A stretch of 51,679 nt of DNA from Actinomycetes bacterium (GTDB taxonomy: Bacteria > Actinomycetota > Acidimicrobiia > Acidimicrobiales > JAJZJN01), in NCBI GenBank assembly GCA_021851165.1, contig JAJZJN010000002.1, forward strand, positions 1 through 51,679. Reading direction: 5' to 3'. How positions within the stretch are numbered: position 1 is the first letter of the stretch; each line of letters begins with the position of its first letter. Below the pieces are notes generated by a model. It searched no databases. It worked only from the letters and a program-made list of their open reading frames with translations, and was not told where the DNA came from. Positions 8,846 through 18,097 of the stretch are shown piece by piece. The translations under genes and the position numbers were made by a program.

Positions 8846-9786
8846 GTCCGCCTCCGCAGCAGTCGAAGATAGACCACGGCAATCAGAAGATTGATCACGA
8901 GCATGATAGTCGAGATGGCCGCACCGTAGCCCATGGCACCTACGTTGAACGCCTGCTGGTACACGTACACGCCGAGGACGTCTGTCTGGTGGATCGGCCC
9001 ACCCTGGGTGAGCAGGTAAGGCGTGAAGTCGTTGAAGGTCCACAGCGTGATCAGGAGGAGGTCGGTTAGTATGTGGCCCTTCGTGGACGGGAGGATGATG
9101 TCACGGAGCTGGGCCCAGCCACTCGCTCCGGCCAGGCGGGCGGTCTCGAGGTACGAGGGGGGCACGGTCTGCATCGCAGCAGCAAACAGCATCATCGAGA
9201 ATGCCGTGCCACGCCAGACGTTGAACACGACCAGCGATTGAAGCGGGTAATGAAGCAGCCAGTTGATCCCGACGCCTCCGATGCGATCGACGGTGCCGGT
9301 CGGATCGAGATATGCGATCCACAGGAAGGCCACCACGACACTCGGCACTATCCAGGCCACGATGACGAGGCCCTCGAGCGCCTGGCGGACCCAGCTGTGC
9401 CAGTCGCGGAGCTTCCATGCGAGAGCGAAGCCGAGCACGCATTGGCCGATGACAGCCGAGCTCAGGACATACACAACCGTCACCCGCAGTGAGTTCAGGA
9501 ACTCCGGGTTCGATACCGCGTGGGAATAGTTCTGAGTACCTACGATGTGCGGATGAGCAGCCGTGAAGCCGAACAGCGTGTAGTTGGTTATTCCCAGGTA
9601 GAGAGTCCAGATTGCAGGAAATGCGAGGAATACGCCTATAAGGACGATCGAGGGCGTCAGGAATCCCGTAGCTGCCCACCGGCTCAACCCGAACGTTGAC
9701 CGTCCGCGCCCGCGAGGCGCGCCCTCGTCGCCAGAGGGGATCGCCTCCGCCAGATCCTCGCCGAGAAGAGATCCTGCCGTCCTCAT
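8842..9786 (-). CDS. Carbohydrate ABC permease (MalF-like)
   Basis: VPPSYLETARLAGAS, LLTQGGP, MGYGAAIS. Confidence 0.92.
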   Translation of the reverse strand: MRTAGSLLGEDLAEAIPSGDEGAPRGRGRSTFGLSRWAATGFLTPSIVLIGVFLAFPAIWTLYLGITNYTLFGFTAAHPHIVGTQNYSHAVSNPEFLNSLRVTVVYVLSSAVIGQCVLGFALAWKLRDWHSWVRQALEGLVIVAWIVPSVVVAFLWIAYLDPTGTVDRIGGVGINWLLHYPLQSLVVFNVWRGTAFSMMLFAAAMQTVPPSYLETARLAGASGWAQLRDIILPSTKGHILTDLLLITLWTFNDFTPYLLTQGGPIHQTDVLGVYVYQQAFNVGAMGYGAAISTIMLVINLLIAVVYLRLLRRRT

Positions 9787-9831
9787 GCCGGCAACCTGGG
9801 CATGTCACGGAGCGCCGCGCCAAACCGGTGG

Positions 9832-9864
9832 CTTGAAGGTGCTGCCACCTCCTACACCTTCAAG
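9832..9864 (-). other. Intercistronic stem-loop downstream of the binding-protein gene
   Basis: CTTGAAGGTG (9832-9841) pairs with CACCTTCAAG (9855-9864), 13-nt loop. Confidence 0.6.
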
Positions 9865-9892
9865 GACGTCCGGCGGGTGCTAGCGAGAGCAC

Positions 9893-11371
9893 CTAGGAAT
9901 TGACCACATGGGTCGGACCAACCAGTCCGGCAACAGCAGAGGAGAACTGCTTGGCCGCCGCCGCCGGTGTAGCAGTTCCTTCGGCGACCGACTGGACCAT
10001 CGCCTGGATCTGGAGGGATACCTGTGGGTAGATAGCTAGCGACGGCCGGTACGCAGTCAGCGGAAGGACCTTGGTGGCGACGAAGGTGAGCTGCGGATGA
10101 CCCTTCAGGGCAACGGCGTTGACGTCGCGCCTCGCCGACAGGAAGGACTTGATCCCCTCTTCCTTCAGCAGCTCGGCCTTCGAGTTCATGAATGTGAGAA
10201 ATGCCCAGGCGGTTCTCGGGTGCTTCGTGTACGGGTTGATCGTCTGACCTCCTCCACCCGACATGCTCACGAAGCTCTGGCCCCTGATGCCCGTCCCCGG
10301 CTTCTCGGCTGGAATCAGGGCATAGCCGATCGTGGAGTCACGGTCCGCCATCGGGAACAGCGCCGTCGGGGTCGGGGCTATCACCGAGTCGTACAGATAG
10401 ATGCTCTCGGAGTAGATCGCTATCTTCCCCTGCGAGAAGAGCTCGAAGGTGTGCGAGCGGGCATGTGCACCGATCTGAAGCGTCGGGTTGGCCAACCCGG
10501 TGCTGTATATCTGGTGGTAGAAGTCGAGCACCTGGCGCACCTGGGGCGTGTTGCCCTGCCACTTGTTTGTGGAGGAGCTGTAGATGAGCGTGCCGGTGCC
10601 TGCCAGCATGGGTAGGAAGCCCTGCAGTGTAGTCGCCTCGGCCATCTCGGTACCCGCGTCGATCTGGAGAGGGGTCACGCCAGGGTCCTTCGCCTTGATC
10701 GTCTGGGCAGCGCTGATGATGTCCGCCCAGCTCTTGGGTTGCCACTTGGTTGGCAGACCTGCCTCGGCGAATAGCTTCTTGTTGTAGTAGAGGACCCGGG
10801 CGTCCGTTCCGGTAGGGATGCCGTAGCGGACGCCCCTGAACTCCGTGATCGACTGGACGGACTTCGGGATCTGGGCCCAACCTGACCAGCTCGCGTAGCT
10901 CGGACCGACCACCTTCGACAGCGGCTTCAGGTAGCCCGCCTCGACGAACTCGCCGTAGTACGGGCCGTCCAGATCGAAGACGTCCGGCCCGCCGCCTGAC
11001 TTCAGGTCCAAGGCGAGCTGCGTGGCAAAGTCGGTTCCAGACACGCCGGTGCCCTGGAAGTTCACGGTTACCTTCCGCCCCTTGGCTGCCTCCATCTTCT
11101 CGAACGCCGGTATGACGTCCTTCGTCAGCCAAGTCGCCTCCGATGCGTTCTTGCCACCGATTATCCCGTCGGCCGACATCGTGATGGTGACCGGTCCGGT
11201 GGAGGGATGTGCGGAGGGCTTAGCCTTCGGAGTCGAGCTGCACGCAGCGGCGATCACTCCAGCCGCCACGAGAGCTACCCCCGCCTTACTCATGCGTGCA
11301 ACCCGGCTCAGCCGATCTGCACCCGCCTGCCCGGTAGCACTGGCCTGCCCCATTCCCCGGAACTCTGACAT
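9893..11371 (-). CDS. Carbohydrate ABC substrate-binding lipoprotein
   Basis: Lipobox-like VIAAAC, GGGPDVF, YGIP, LYYNKKLF, AWAFLTFM; start uncertain. Confidence 0.92.
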   Translation of the reverse strand: MSEFRGMGQASATGQAGADRLSRVARMSKAGVALVAAGVIAAACSSTPKAKPSAHPSTGPVTITMSADGIIGGKNASEATWLTKDVIPAFEKMEAAKGRKVTVNFQGTGVSGTDFATQLALDLKSGGGPDVFDLDGPYYGEFVEAGYLKPLSKVVGPSYASWSGWAQIPKSVQSITEFRGVRYGIPTGTDARVLYYNKKLFAEAGLPTKWQPKSWADIISAAQTIKAKDPGVTPLQIDAGTEMAEATTLQGFLPMLAGTGTLIYSSSTNKWQGNTPQVRQVLDFYHQIYSTGLANPTLQIGAHARSHTFELFSQGKIAIYSESIYLYDSVIAPTPTALFPMADRDSTIGYALIPAEKPGTGIRGQSFVSMSGGGGQTINPYTKHPRTAWAFLTFMNSKAELLKEEGIKSFLSARRDVNAVALKGHPQLTFVATKVLPLTAYRPSLAIYPQVSLQIQAMVQSVAEGTATPAAAAKQFSSAVAGLVGPTHVVNS

Positions 11372-11600
11372 GGTGGATTCTCCCTTGCCGGACTGGCGCA
11401 CGGGTCTGCGCCGTACCCTGAAAAGCCTCACATGCAGTCGCCTGGCCTGGAATTATTCAGGCTCCGTAACACAATCATAATCTTTCCCGATGCCATTGCA
11501 AGAGCTAATCTCATGGTCACCCATGATCCCCTACTCCGTTGGCATCGGGACGCGCGACGGCGCTGGCCGGCGAAGTGGGCACGCTCCATACCGTGAAGGC

Positions 11601-13265
11601 GTGACCCGTCTTGCCGGGGCAGAGATCCAGGTGACGTCATCGTCCTGCGCGGATGGGCTCCGGCTGGACGTATCCCTACGCAACTCGTCGCCGAGGGCTC
11701 TCGCAGTCGATCGCGTCTACATCGACCTCCGGCCCGACATGCCTGTCGGTATGGCTCTTGACCAGGGATACCAGAGCTGGTCACCCATAGATCGCCGCCG
11801 AGTACGGGAGGTCCGTGGCACCCGGCGGCTCGCCCCGGCCATGGTTCGTGCCACCTATCATGCCGATCCCGTGCTGGCCGGGCGGGCTGTGTCGGGTGAC
11901 CAGTACCTGGTGACAGACGCCGGTGCAGCGGGCTTCCTCGACGCGGCCATGCACCTGGGCACGATCTCGGTGTCTCCAGACGGTACCGTCCTGCGAGCAA
12001 CAGCCCTACTGGACGGGGTCTTGCTGGGCCCCCGAGAGGAACGAGCCCTCGATCCGCTGTGGTTTGCAAGCGGCGAGCCTTCAGGGCGCTATTCGAGCTT
12101 TGCCCAATTGTGGGGCATCCAGGCATCAGCCCGCCGGCGGTATCCCTCGTCTGCGGCGCTGCCAGGGCGGCGCCTTCTCCCCGGCTGGTGCTCCTGGTAC
12201 CAATATCTGTGGAATGTGACTCCCGACGACGTCCTGGCCAACGTCGGCCTTGCCCGGGCAGGCGGCCTCGGCGTCGTGCAGATAGACGACGGGTACGAGG
12301 CGGCCGTGGGTGACTGGCTGGTTCCCAACCAGCGCTGGGCGCACAGGATGGAGGAGGTCGTAGGAGAGATCCGTGGTGCCGGCCTGGCGGCAGGGATCTG
12401 GACGGCGCCGTTCCTCGCGGGGGCCGGCAGCACCATCCTTGCCGAGCACCCCGATTGGCTTGTCCGCTCGGCAGGGTCTCTCGGACCTCTCAAGGCGATG
12501 TTCAACCCGGTTGCCTGGGGCGGCTGGGCATACGCCCTCGATACGACACGCGGCGAGGTCCTCGATCACATCAGGAGCACCTTCGCTACGCTTGTAGCTC
12601 AGGGATTCGACTATCACAAGGTCGACTTCTGCTATGCAGCCGCCCTCCCCGGCTTCCGCCATGACGGCCGCTTTACGCGCGCCCAGGCCTTACAGGCCGG
12701 GCTCCGCGCCGTGAGGGAAGGATTGGGTGACGACAGCTTCCTGGTCGGCTGCGGGTGCCCCTTCGGGCCTGCCGTTGGCCTGGTCGATGCGATGCGCGTC
12801 TCGCCCGACGTCGCCCCCAGGTGGTCGCCCGGCTTCGTGCGCTACCCATCGTATAGCGATGCCGCCCCAGCTGCGTCGAACTCGGTGCGCGCGAGCGTGC
12901 TGCGCGCCCCACTTCACAGGCGCGTGTTCATGAACGACCCCGACTGCCTCCTGCTACGCCCCACTGACACCCACCTCAACGCAAGGCAGCGTGACACGCT
13001 TGCTGCCGCCGTCATGGGCTGCGGAGGGTTCGCCATGGTCTCCGATGACTTGAGGCTATACGGCCAAGAGCAGTGGGACGTGCTCGACGCGCTGCGAACG
13101 GACCTGGATCAGCTGGACACCCCGCTCGAGCTGGAGGACCCGTTCGCCACGCGCCCGAAGGTACGGTCGGCTCGCTTCGAGCTATCCGTAGATTGGAGGC
13201 CCAACCGGTTGGCAGGCGGGCCTCATGGCGTGCTCCAGCGGCGGGGCGACTCCGCGGCGGGCTAG
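11601..13265 (+). CDS. Glycoside hydrolase family 36 (alpha-galactosidase-like)
   Basis: GWCSWY, QIDDGY, GIWTAPF, KVDF nucleophile motif, GCG, MRVSPD, NDPDC. GTG 11601 is preceded by TACCGT + 6 nt. Confidence 0.9.
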   Translation: MTRLAGAEIQVTSSSCADGLRLDVSLRNSSPRALAVDRVYIDLRPDMPVGMALDQGYQSWSPIDRRRVREVRGTRRLAPAMVRATYHADPVLAGRAVSGDQYLVTDAGAAGFLDAAMHLGTISVSPDGTVLRATALLDGVLLGPREERALDPLWFASGEPSGRYSSFAQLWGIQASARRRYPSSAALPGRRLLPGWCSWYQYLWNVTPDDVLANVGLARAGGLGVVQIDDGYEAAVGDWLVPNQRWAHRMEEVVGEIRGAGLAAGIWTAPFLAGAGSTILAEHPDWLVRSAGSLGPLKAMFNPVAWGGWAYALDTTRGEVLDHIRSTFATLVAQGFDYHKVDFCYAAALPGFRHDGRFTRAQALQAGLRAVREGLGDDSFLVGCGCPFGPAVGLVDAMRVSPDVAPRWSPGFVRYPSYSDAAPAASNSVRASVLRAPLHRRVFMNDPDCLLLRPTDTHLNARQRDTLAAAVMGCGGFAMVSDDLRLYGQEQWDVLDALRTDLDQLDTPLELEDPFATRPKVRSARFELSVDWRPNRLAGGPHGVLQRRGDSAAG

Positions 13266-14710
13266 CCCCCGTTTGCCTGGTTGTACTCTGTGAGCGCCTG
13301 GTCGATCTTGCTCTGGGCCGTTGCCAGTGCCGTCGCTACCGGCTCCCCGGAGAAGATGACAGCCTCCCACATCTGGTTCTCTGCAGCCGTGTAGCGGTTG
13401 AACGGGCCAATGAGCGGGCCGGGATCAGCTGGGTTGATGTCGCTCAACTCATGGTATGCCACTGCGGACATCTGGCCTGCACCGGTGTTCTTCCAGAACG
13501 CCTGGATCTGCGGGCTCTGGGCCGCATTGCCCACTACAGGCAGGAACGAGGAGCCCAGATGCCACGCCACCACCTCTGGCTCGGAAAGCATGAAGCGTAG
13601 GAAGTCCCATCCTGCGGCCTCCCTGGCGGCGTTGCCTGAATGGACCAGGTAGAACGCCGCTCCTCCGACCTCGACCTTTCCAGGCTGGCGGATCCCCGGC
13701 ATGGGACCGGCTGCTGCTATCAGATTGGAGGCGCTGGCCGACGAGGACGAGCCACCGGAGCCGAGAGAGGAGGATGTAAGCGTGCCTTTCAGGAAGGCAG
13801 CGATGGACGTTGCCGCGGCAGAGGTGGAGAACAGCATTGCCGAGCTCTTATTCAGGAGGGCCAGGTACTGATCGATCTGACCAGGAGTGTTGGAGAATGG
13901 CGCCAGAAGGCCTTCGGTGTTCATCTGCTGGAAATAGGTGAGCAGCTGGCGTGCCTGAGGCGTGTCGAAGAACACCTTGGTAGCCCGACCACTGCGGCCG
14001 TTGTCGTTATTGGTCACAGGCTGGCCGATCCCGTTCAGCCACTGACCGAGCCCCGTGCCCACGACCATCGCCAGAGGGTGAGCGACACCGGCTGCCTTCA
14101 GCTTGAGAGCGTCGGCCTTGAGCTCGACCAGCGTGCCGGGGGGGTTATCAGGGTTCAATCCTGCCTTGACGAACAGGGCTTTGTTGTAATACAGCAACGG
14201 CTCCGAGACGGCGGTGAACCCGGGCCAGAACTCCCCGTCTACTGTGTAGAAGCTGCGCACGGCGGGCTGGAACGAGCTGAGCGGAAAGCCCGCCGCCGAC
14301 ATGCACTTCTGGGCCGGGATCAAGGTACCGCTGTCCACGAGCGTCGCCACAGGCCCGCCGTAGATGATGTCGGGAAGCTCATGGGAAGGGATGGCCGAGA
14401 CATACTTCTGGAGGACCTCCTGGTAGGAGGTACCCTCGTCGTCGGCCTTCACCACCACCTTGGTCTGGCTCGCGTTGTAGGCGGCGACCATCCGCTGGAG
14501 GGTGGTCACGGTCTCGCCGGATAGTCCGCCATACCACAGGGTTACCGTCGTCGCTCCCGTGGCGTGCGACAGTGCGCCTACAGGGCACGCGGGGAAGCTG
14601 CTCGGCGACGGCGAGACCGCCTTCGGGGTACTCGGCGTGGAGCTGCAGGCCGCTGCGAGAAGCGACATGGCCAGCAATGCCCCGATGGCGGCCCGTGTCC
14701 TGGTGATCAT
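13262..14710 (-). CDS. ABC substrate-binding lipoprotein (UgpB-like)
   Basis: Lipobox LLAAAC, YNASQTKVVV, LYYNKALFVKAGLNP, VGGAAFY, AAGWDFLRF; GGAGG RBS. Confidence 0.9.
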   Translation of the reverse strand: MITRTRAAIGALLAMSLLAAACSSTPSTPKAVSPSPSSFPACPVGALSHATGATTVTLWYGGLSGETVTTLQRMVAAYNASQTKVVVKADDEGTSYQEVLQKYVSAIPSHELPDIIYGGPVATLVDSGTLIPAQKCMSAAGFPLSSFQPAVRSFYTVDGEFWPGFTAVSEPLLYYNKALFVKAGLNPDNPPGTLVELKADALKLKAAGVAHPLAMVVGTGLGQWLNGIGQPVTNNDNGRSGRATKVFFDTPQARQLLTYFQQMNTEGLLAPFSNTPGQIDQYLALLNKSSAMLFSTSAAATSIAAFLKGTLTSSSLGSGGSSSSASASNLIAAAGPMPGIRQPGKVEVGGAAFYLVHSGNAAREAAGWDFLRFMLSEPEVVAWHLGSSFLPVVGNAAQSPQIQAFWKNTGAGQMSAVAYHELSDINPADPGPLIGPFNRYTAAENQMWEAVIFSGEPVATALATAQSKIDQALTEYNQANGG

Positions 14711-14840
14711 CGCGTCCTCCCTAGAAGCGAGCTAGCCACCGGTGGGCTGAGCCTGCCCGGTCAAGCATGCCATCTACTGTGATCCATCCCGACATACCTA
14801 GCCTAACGGCCGGCGCCGGTTACCTCTGGTAAGCAGTTGA

Positions 14841-15701
14841 CTACCCCTTCACCGCGCCGGCCGTCAGACCTCTTACGAGCTGGCGCTGGAACGCCACGAG
14901 AAGCACGACGAGGGGCAGCGATGCGACTATCGCGCCAGCGAATGCGATATTGCTGTGGTCGGGGGTGGTAGCCGACAAGGCCGCTACGCCGATCTGTACC
15001 GTCTGCCAGTGGGTCTCAGTCGAAACCGCCTCTGGCCAGATGAACTGGTTCCAGGCCCCGAGGAAGGCAATGACGGTGAAGGAGGCTATGACCGGCTTGG
15101 ACAGCGGCACGGCGACACGTGTGAGGAACCGCATGTGGCCATATCCGTCGAGACTGGCGGCATCGAGCAGCTCGGTCGGAATGGCGCGGAACCCCTGATG
15201 GATCAGGAAGGTTCCAAGAGCGCTTGCGAGGAAGGGCCCGACCAGGCCTGGAAAGGAGTTGAGCCAGTGGAGATCCCGCATCGTCTGCACGTTCGGTATC
15301 AATGTCACCTCGATGGGCAGCATCAGGGTGCCGATGAACAGCACGAACACCAGCCGGCGGAGCGGGAAGCGCAGGAAGGCGAACGCGTAGGCGGCGAGGA
15401 TGGCAGTGACCACCTGGCCTCCGGTCATGAGCAGGGTGGCCACCGTGCTCACGCCCATCGACCTTCCGATCCCGCCTTCGTCCCACGCCGCGCGGAACAC
15501 TCCCCATTCGACGTCGACCGGATAGAGAGGACTTCCCCTGCCGAAATACGTGACCGGAGTGGAAAGTGCCCTCACCACCATCATATAGATGGGAAACAGG
15601 ATGATGACCGCCAGGGCGGTAAGGAGCAGGTACCACCCCGCAGTCCGGGCGCGTCTGGCCACATGATGGACCTGCGTCCTCGAGGCCGGCACGGCGCTCA
15701 T
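14841..15701 (-). CDS. ABC permease (UgpE-like)
   Basis: AAYAFAFLRFP, LMLPIEV, IPTELLDAASLDG, FLGAWNQFIWP, GLTAGAVKG. Confidence 0.92.
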   Translation of the reverse strand: MSAVPASRTQVHHVARRARTAGWYLLLTALAVIILFPIYMMVVRALSTPVTYFGRGSPLYPVDVEWGVFRAAWDEGGIGRSMGVSTVATLLMTGGQVVTAILAAYAFAFLRFPLRRLVFVLFIGTLMLPIEVTLIPNVQTMRDLHWLNSFPGLVGPFLASALGTFLIHQGFRAIPTELLDAASLDGYGHMRFLTRVAVPLSKPVIASFTVIAFLGAWNQFIWPEAVSTETHWQTVQIGVAALSATTPDHSNIAFAGAIVASLPLVVLLVAFQRQLVRGLTAGAVKG

Positions 15702-15705
15702 GGGG

Positions 15706-16599
15706 TCATCGCGTCCCATACTGAACCCGTCTTTGAAGAATAGAGAACTGGACTGCCGCGGCCATGGCGGTCACGACCAGCAGCCCGAGGGACATCACGG
15801 CGCCGACGCCCTGGAGATTCGGTGTCTGGCTGTTGAAGATGTCGTAGACCAGCGTCTGGGTGGCACCCGCCGGGCCGCCCTGTGTGAGGACCACGATCTG
15901 GGCATACGCCTGGAATCCGAACACCGACAGTACGACGATCAGGAATAGGTATACCGGCGACAGCAGAGGGAGCGTCACCCGGAGGAAGCGCCTGAACGCG
16001 CCGAAGCCATCGAGGGTAGCGGCCTCTATGAGCTCGTCTGGCACGGCCTGGAGACCGGCAAGCACGATGATGAAGCACAGGCCCAGGTTGGCCCACATCG
16101 AGGAGAACGAGACCCCGAGCAGCGCCCAGCGCGGATCGTTCAGGATGTTCGTCCTGAAGATACCTACCTCGGGATTGATCAGGACGAAGAATATGACCGA
16201 TGAAACCGCCGTTGACGTGGCGACAGTCGATGTAAAGATGGTCTGGAAGATCTTGATCCCGCGCAGCCTCCGGTGCGCCGACACCGCGAGCACCGTTCCT
16301 GCGACGAGACCGACGGGTACGGTGAACACGACATACAAGGCGCTGTGCGCAAGGCCGGAGAGGAACTCACCGCTCGACAACACGCTCGAGAACTGGCTGA
16401 ACCCGACATAGCGGCTCGCGGTGCCGAAGCTGTTGCTCTGGCGTAGCGCCTCCTGAACCAGCGCATAGAGGGGGTAGTAGGCGAACACCGCGAACACCAC
16501 TATGGAAGGCAAGAGGCACGCGTAGGCGATCAGTGCCTCCTTTCCCGAAAATCGCCTGCGTCTAGACGTGCTCGCCGGAGCGCGCGTCCAGAGGGTCAT
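15706..16599 (-). CDS. ABC permease (UgpA-like)
   Basis: LAGLQAVPDELIEAATLDG, VTLPLLSP, LTQGGPAGATQTLVY; ATGA overlap with the ATPase. Confidence 0.92.
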   Translation of the reverse strand: MTLWTRAPASTSRRRRFSGKEALIAYACLLPSIVVFAVFAYYPLYALVQEALRQSNSFGTASRYVGFSQFSSVLSSGEFLSGLAHSALYVVFTVPVGLVAGTVLAVSAHRRLRGIKIFQTIFTSTVATSTAVSSVIFFVLINPEVGIFRTNILNDPRWALLGVSFSSMWANLGLCFIIVLAGLQAVPDELIEAATLDGFGAFRRFLRVTLPLLSPVYLFLIVVLSVFGFQAYAQIVVLTQGGPAGATQTLVYDIFNSQTPNLQGVGAVMSLGLLVVTAMAAAVQFSILQRRVQYGTR

Positions 16600-17975
16600 C
16601 TGCTTGCTGCTGCCTGCAGGTGTGTGTCCCACGCGAGTCGCTGGCCGGAGGCCAGGTCAAACAGGTGAAGATGCCGGGGATCAGCGAAGAGCGTGACCGT
16701 GGCTCCGGCCCGTGGCGACTGCTCGTCGGCGCCGAGGCGCACCTCGATGGTGGTCCTGCTACCCGGAACATCCCCACCCTCCGAGTCACCGGTGCCGATC
16801 ACGGCGTCGGTGGGCATGCTGCTCGTGATGGCCACCGAGCTGCCTGCCCCGCTCCCCGTGCCACCGTCTCTCGCACCGGGGGGTCCGCTACCTATCGCAA
16901 CCGTTACGAGCGACTCGTGACCGAGCCACTCCACGTGAGCGACGGTCCCCGTGAGCAGCGGCTCGAAGCCGGATGCCACCTGCGCAGCTTCGCTGGATCC
17001 GCCCTCCTGCATGGCGCCGCCGAGCATCTGCAGATGCTCCGAGCGTATGCCTAGAACCACCGGGCGACCCTGCTCGATTCGTCCTACGCTTGCCGAAGCT
17101 CTCGCTTCGGTCTTGCCATCGTTGGTGCGTGAATCTCCTGGTGTGGGTGGCAGGGAGACGGTTACCCCGCCTATGCGCACCCCGAGGCCGCCTGTAGTTG
17201 TGATGGTCCCCTCGACGGTGTTCATCGGAGGCGTACCGAGGAAGCGCGCCACGAACAGGTTGGCGGGCCTGTCGTACACGCTCTGGGGATCGCCCACCTG
17301 CTGCAGGCGACCTGCTTCGATGAGAGCGATACGGTTTGCCATCGTCAGTGCTTCGACCTGGTCGTGGGTGACATAGATGATGGTGGTGCCGAGGCGCTGG
17401 TGAAGGTCGACTATCTCACCACGGGTCTGGACGCGCAGCTTCGCGTCGAGGTTCGAGAGGGGCTCGTCCATGAGGAACACCTTGGGGCGAGCTACGATCG
17501 CCCGTGCAAGCGCGACGCGCTGGCGCTGGCCACCGGACAGGGCCGAGGGCTTGCGGGCGAGAAGCGACTCCAGACCGAGAAGACGGGCGACGTCGTTCAC
17601 GCGCTCCTTGCGCTCGGTGCGGCTCAACTTGCGAACAGCGCCGTCCTCGCCGTCGACGTGCATCTCACGCGCAAGGAGCGGCGAGGCAATATTCTTCTCT
17701 ACGGTCAGGTGGGGGTATAGGGCATAGTTCTGGAAGACCATGGAAACGTCGCGGTGACGTGGCTCTACGTCGTTTACCACCCGGTCTCCGATGCGGATCG
17801 TGCCCTCGGTGGCATCCTCGAGACCGGCGATCATCCGCAGAGCTGTCGTCTTGCCACATCCCGAGGGCCCGAGCAGGACCATGAGCTCCCCATCCTCGAC
17901 AGCGAGTGACATATGGTCAACCGCGACGACTTCGCCGTAGCGCTTCGTCACGTCATCGAGGGTCACGCTCGCCAT
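16596..17975 (-). CDS. ABC ATP-binding protein (UgpC/MalK-like)
   Basis: GPSGCGKTT, VFQNYALYPH, LSGGQRQRVA, MDEPLSNLDAKLR; Gly/Ser-rich insertions in the C-terminal domain. Confidence 0.95.
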   Translation of the reverse strand: MASVTLDDVTKRYGEVVAVDHMSLAVEDGELMVLLGPSGCGKTTALRMIAGLEDATEGTIRIGDRVVNDVEPRHRDVSMVFQNYALYPHLTVEKNIASPLLAREMHVDGEDGAVRKLSRTERKERVNDVARLLGLESLLARKPSALSGGQRQRVALARAIVARPKVFLMDEPLSNLDAKLRVQTRGEIVDLHQRLGTTIIYVTHDQVEALTMANRIALIEAGRLQQVGDPQSVYDRPANLFVARFLGTPPMNTVEGTITTTGGLGVRIGGVTVSLPPTPGDSRTNDGKTEARASASVGRIEQGRPVVLGIRSEHLQMLGGAMQEGGSSEAAQVASGFEPLLTGTVAHVEWLGHESLVTVAIGSGPPGARDGGTGSGAGSSVAITSSMPTDAVIGTGDSEGGDVPGSRTTIEVRLGADEQSPRAGATVTLFADPRHLHLFDLASGQRLAWDTHLQAAASR

Positions 17976-18097
17976 TCATGCCTATCCTGCACGCTGCCTG
18001 GTTCGCCTACAAATCATTGCAGCCGAGACCTCAGCATTGGGCTTGGGAGTGCCAGCCCTTTGCCCGGGAAGCAGAGCGGGGCTAACCTGTCGCGATT

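Noticed and set aside
11446-11461. Possible operator CCTGGAATTATTCAGG between the SBP and GH36 genes
   Set aside because: Imperfect symmetry, single copy and no cognate regulator in the window.
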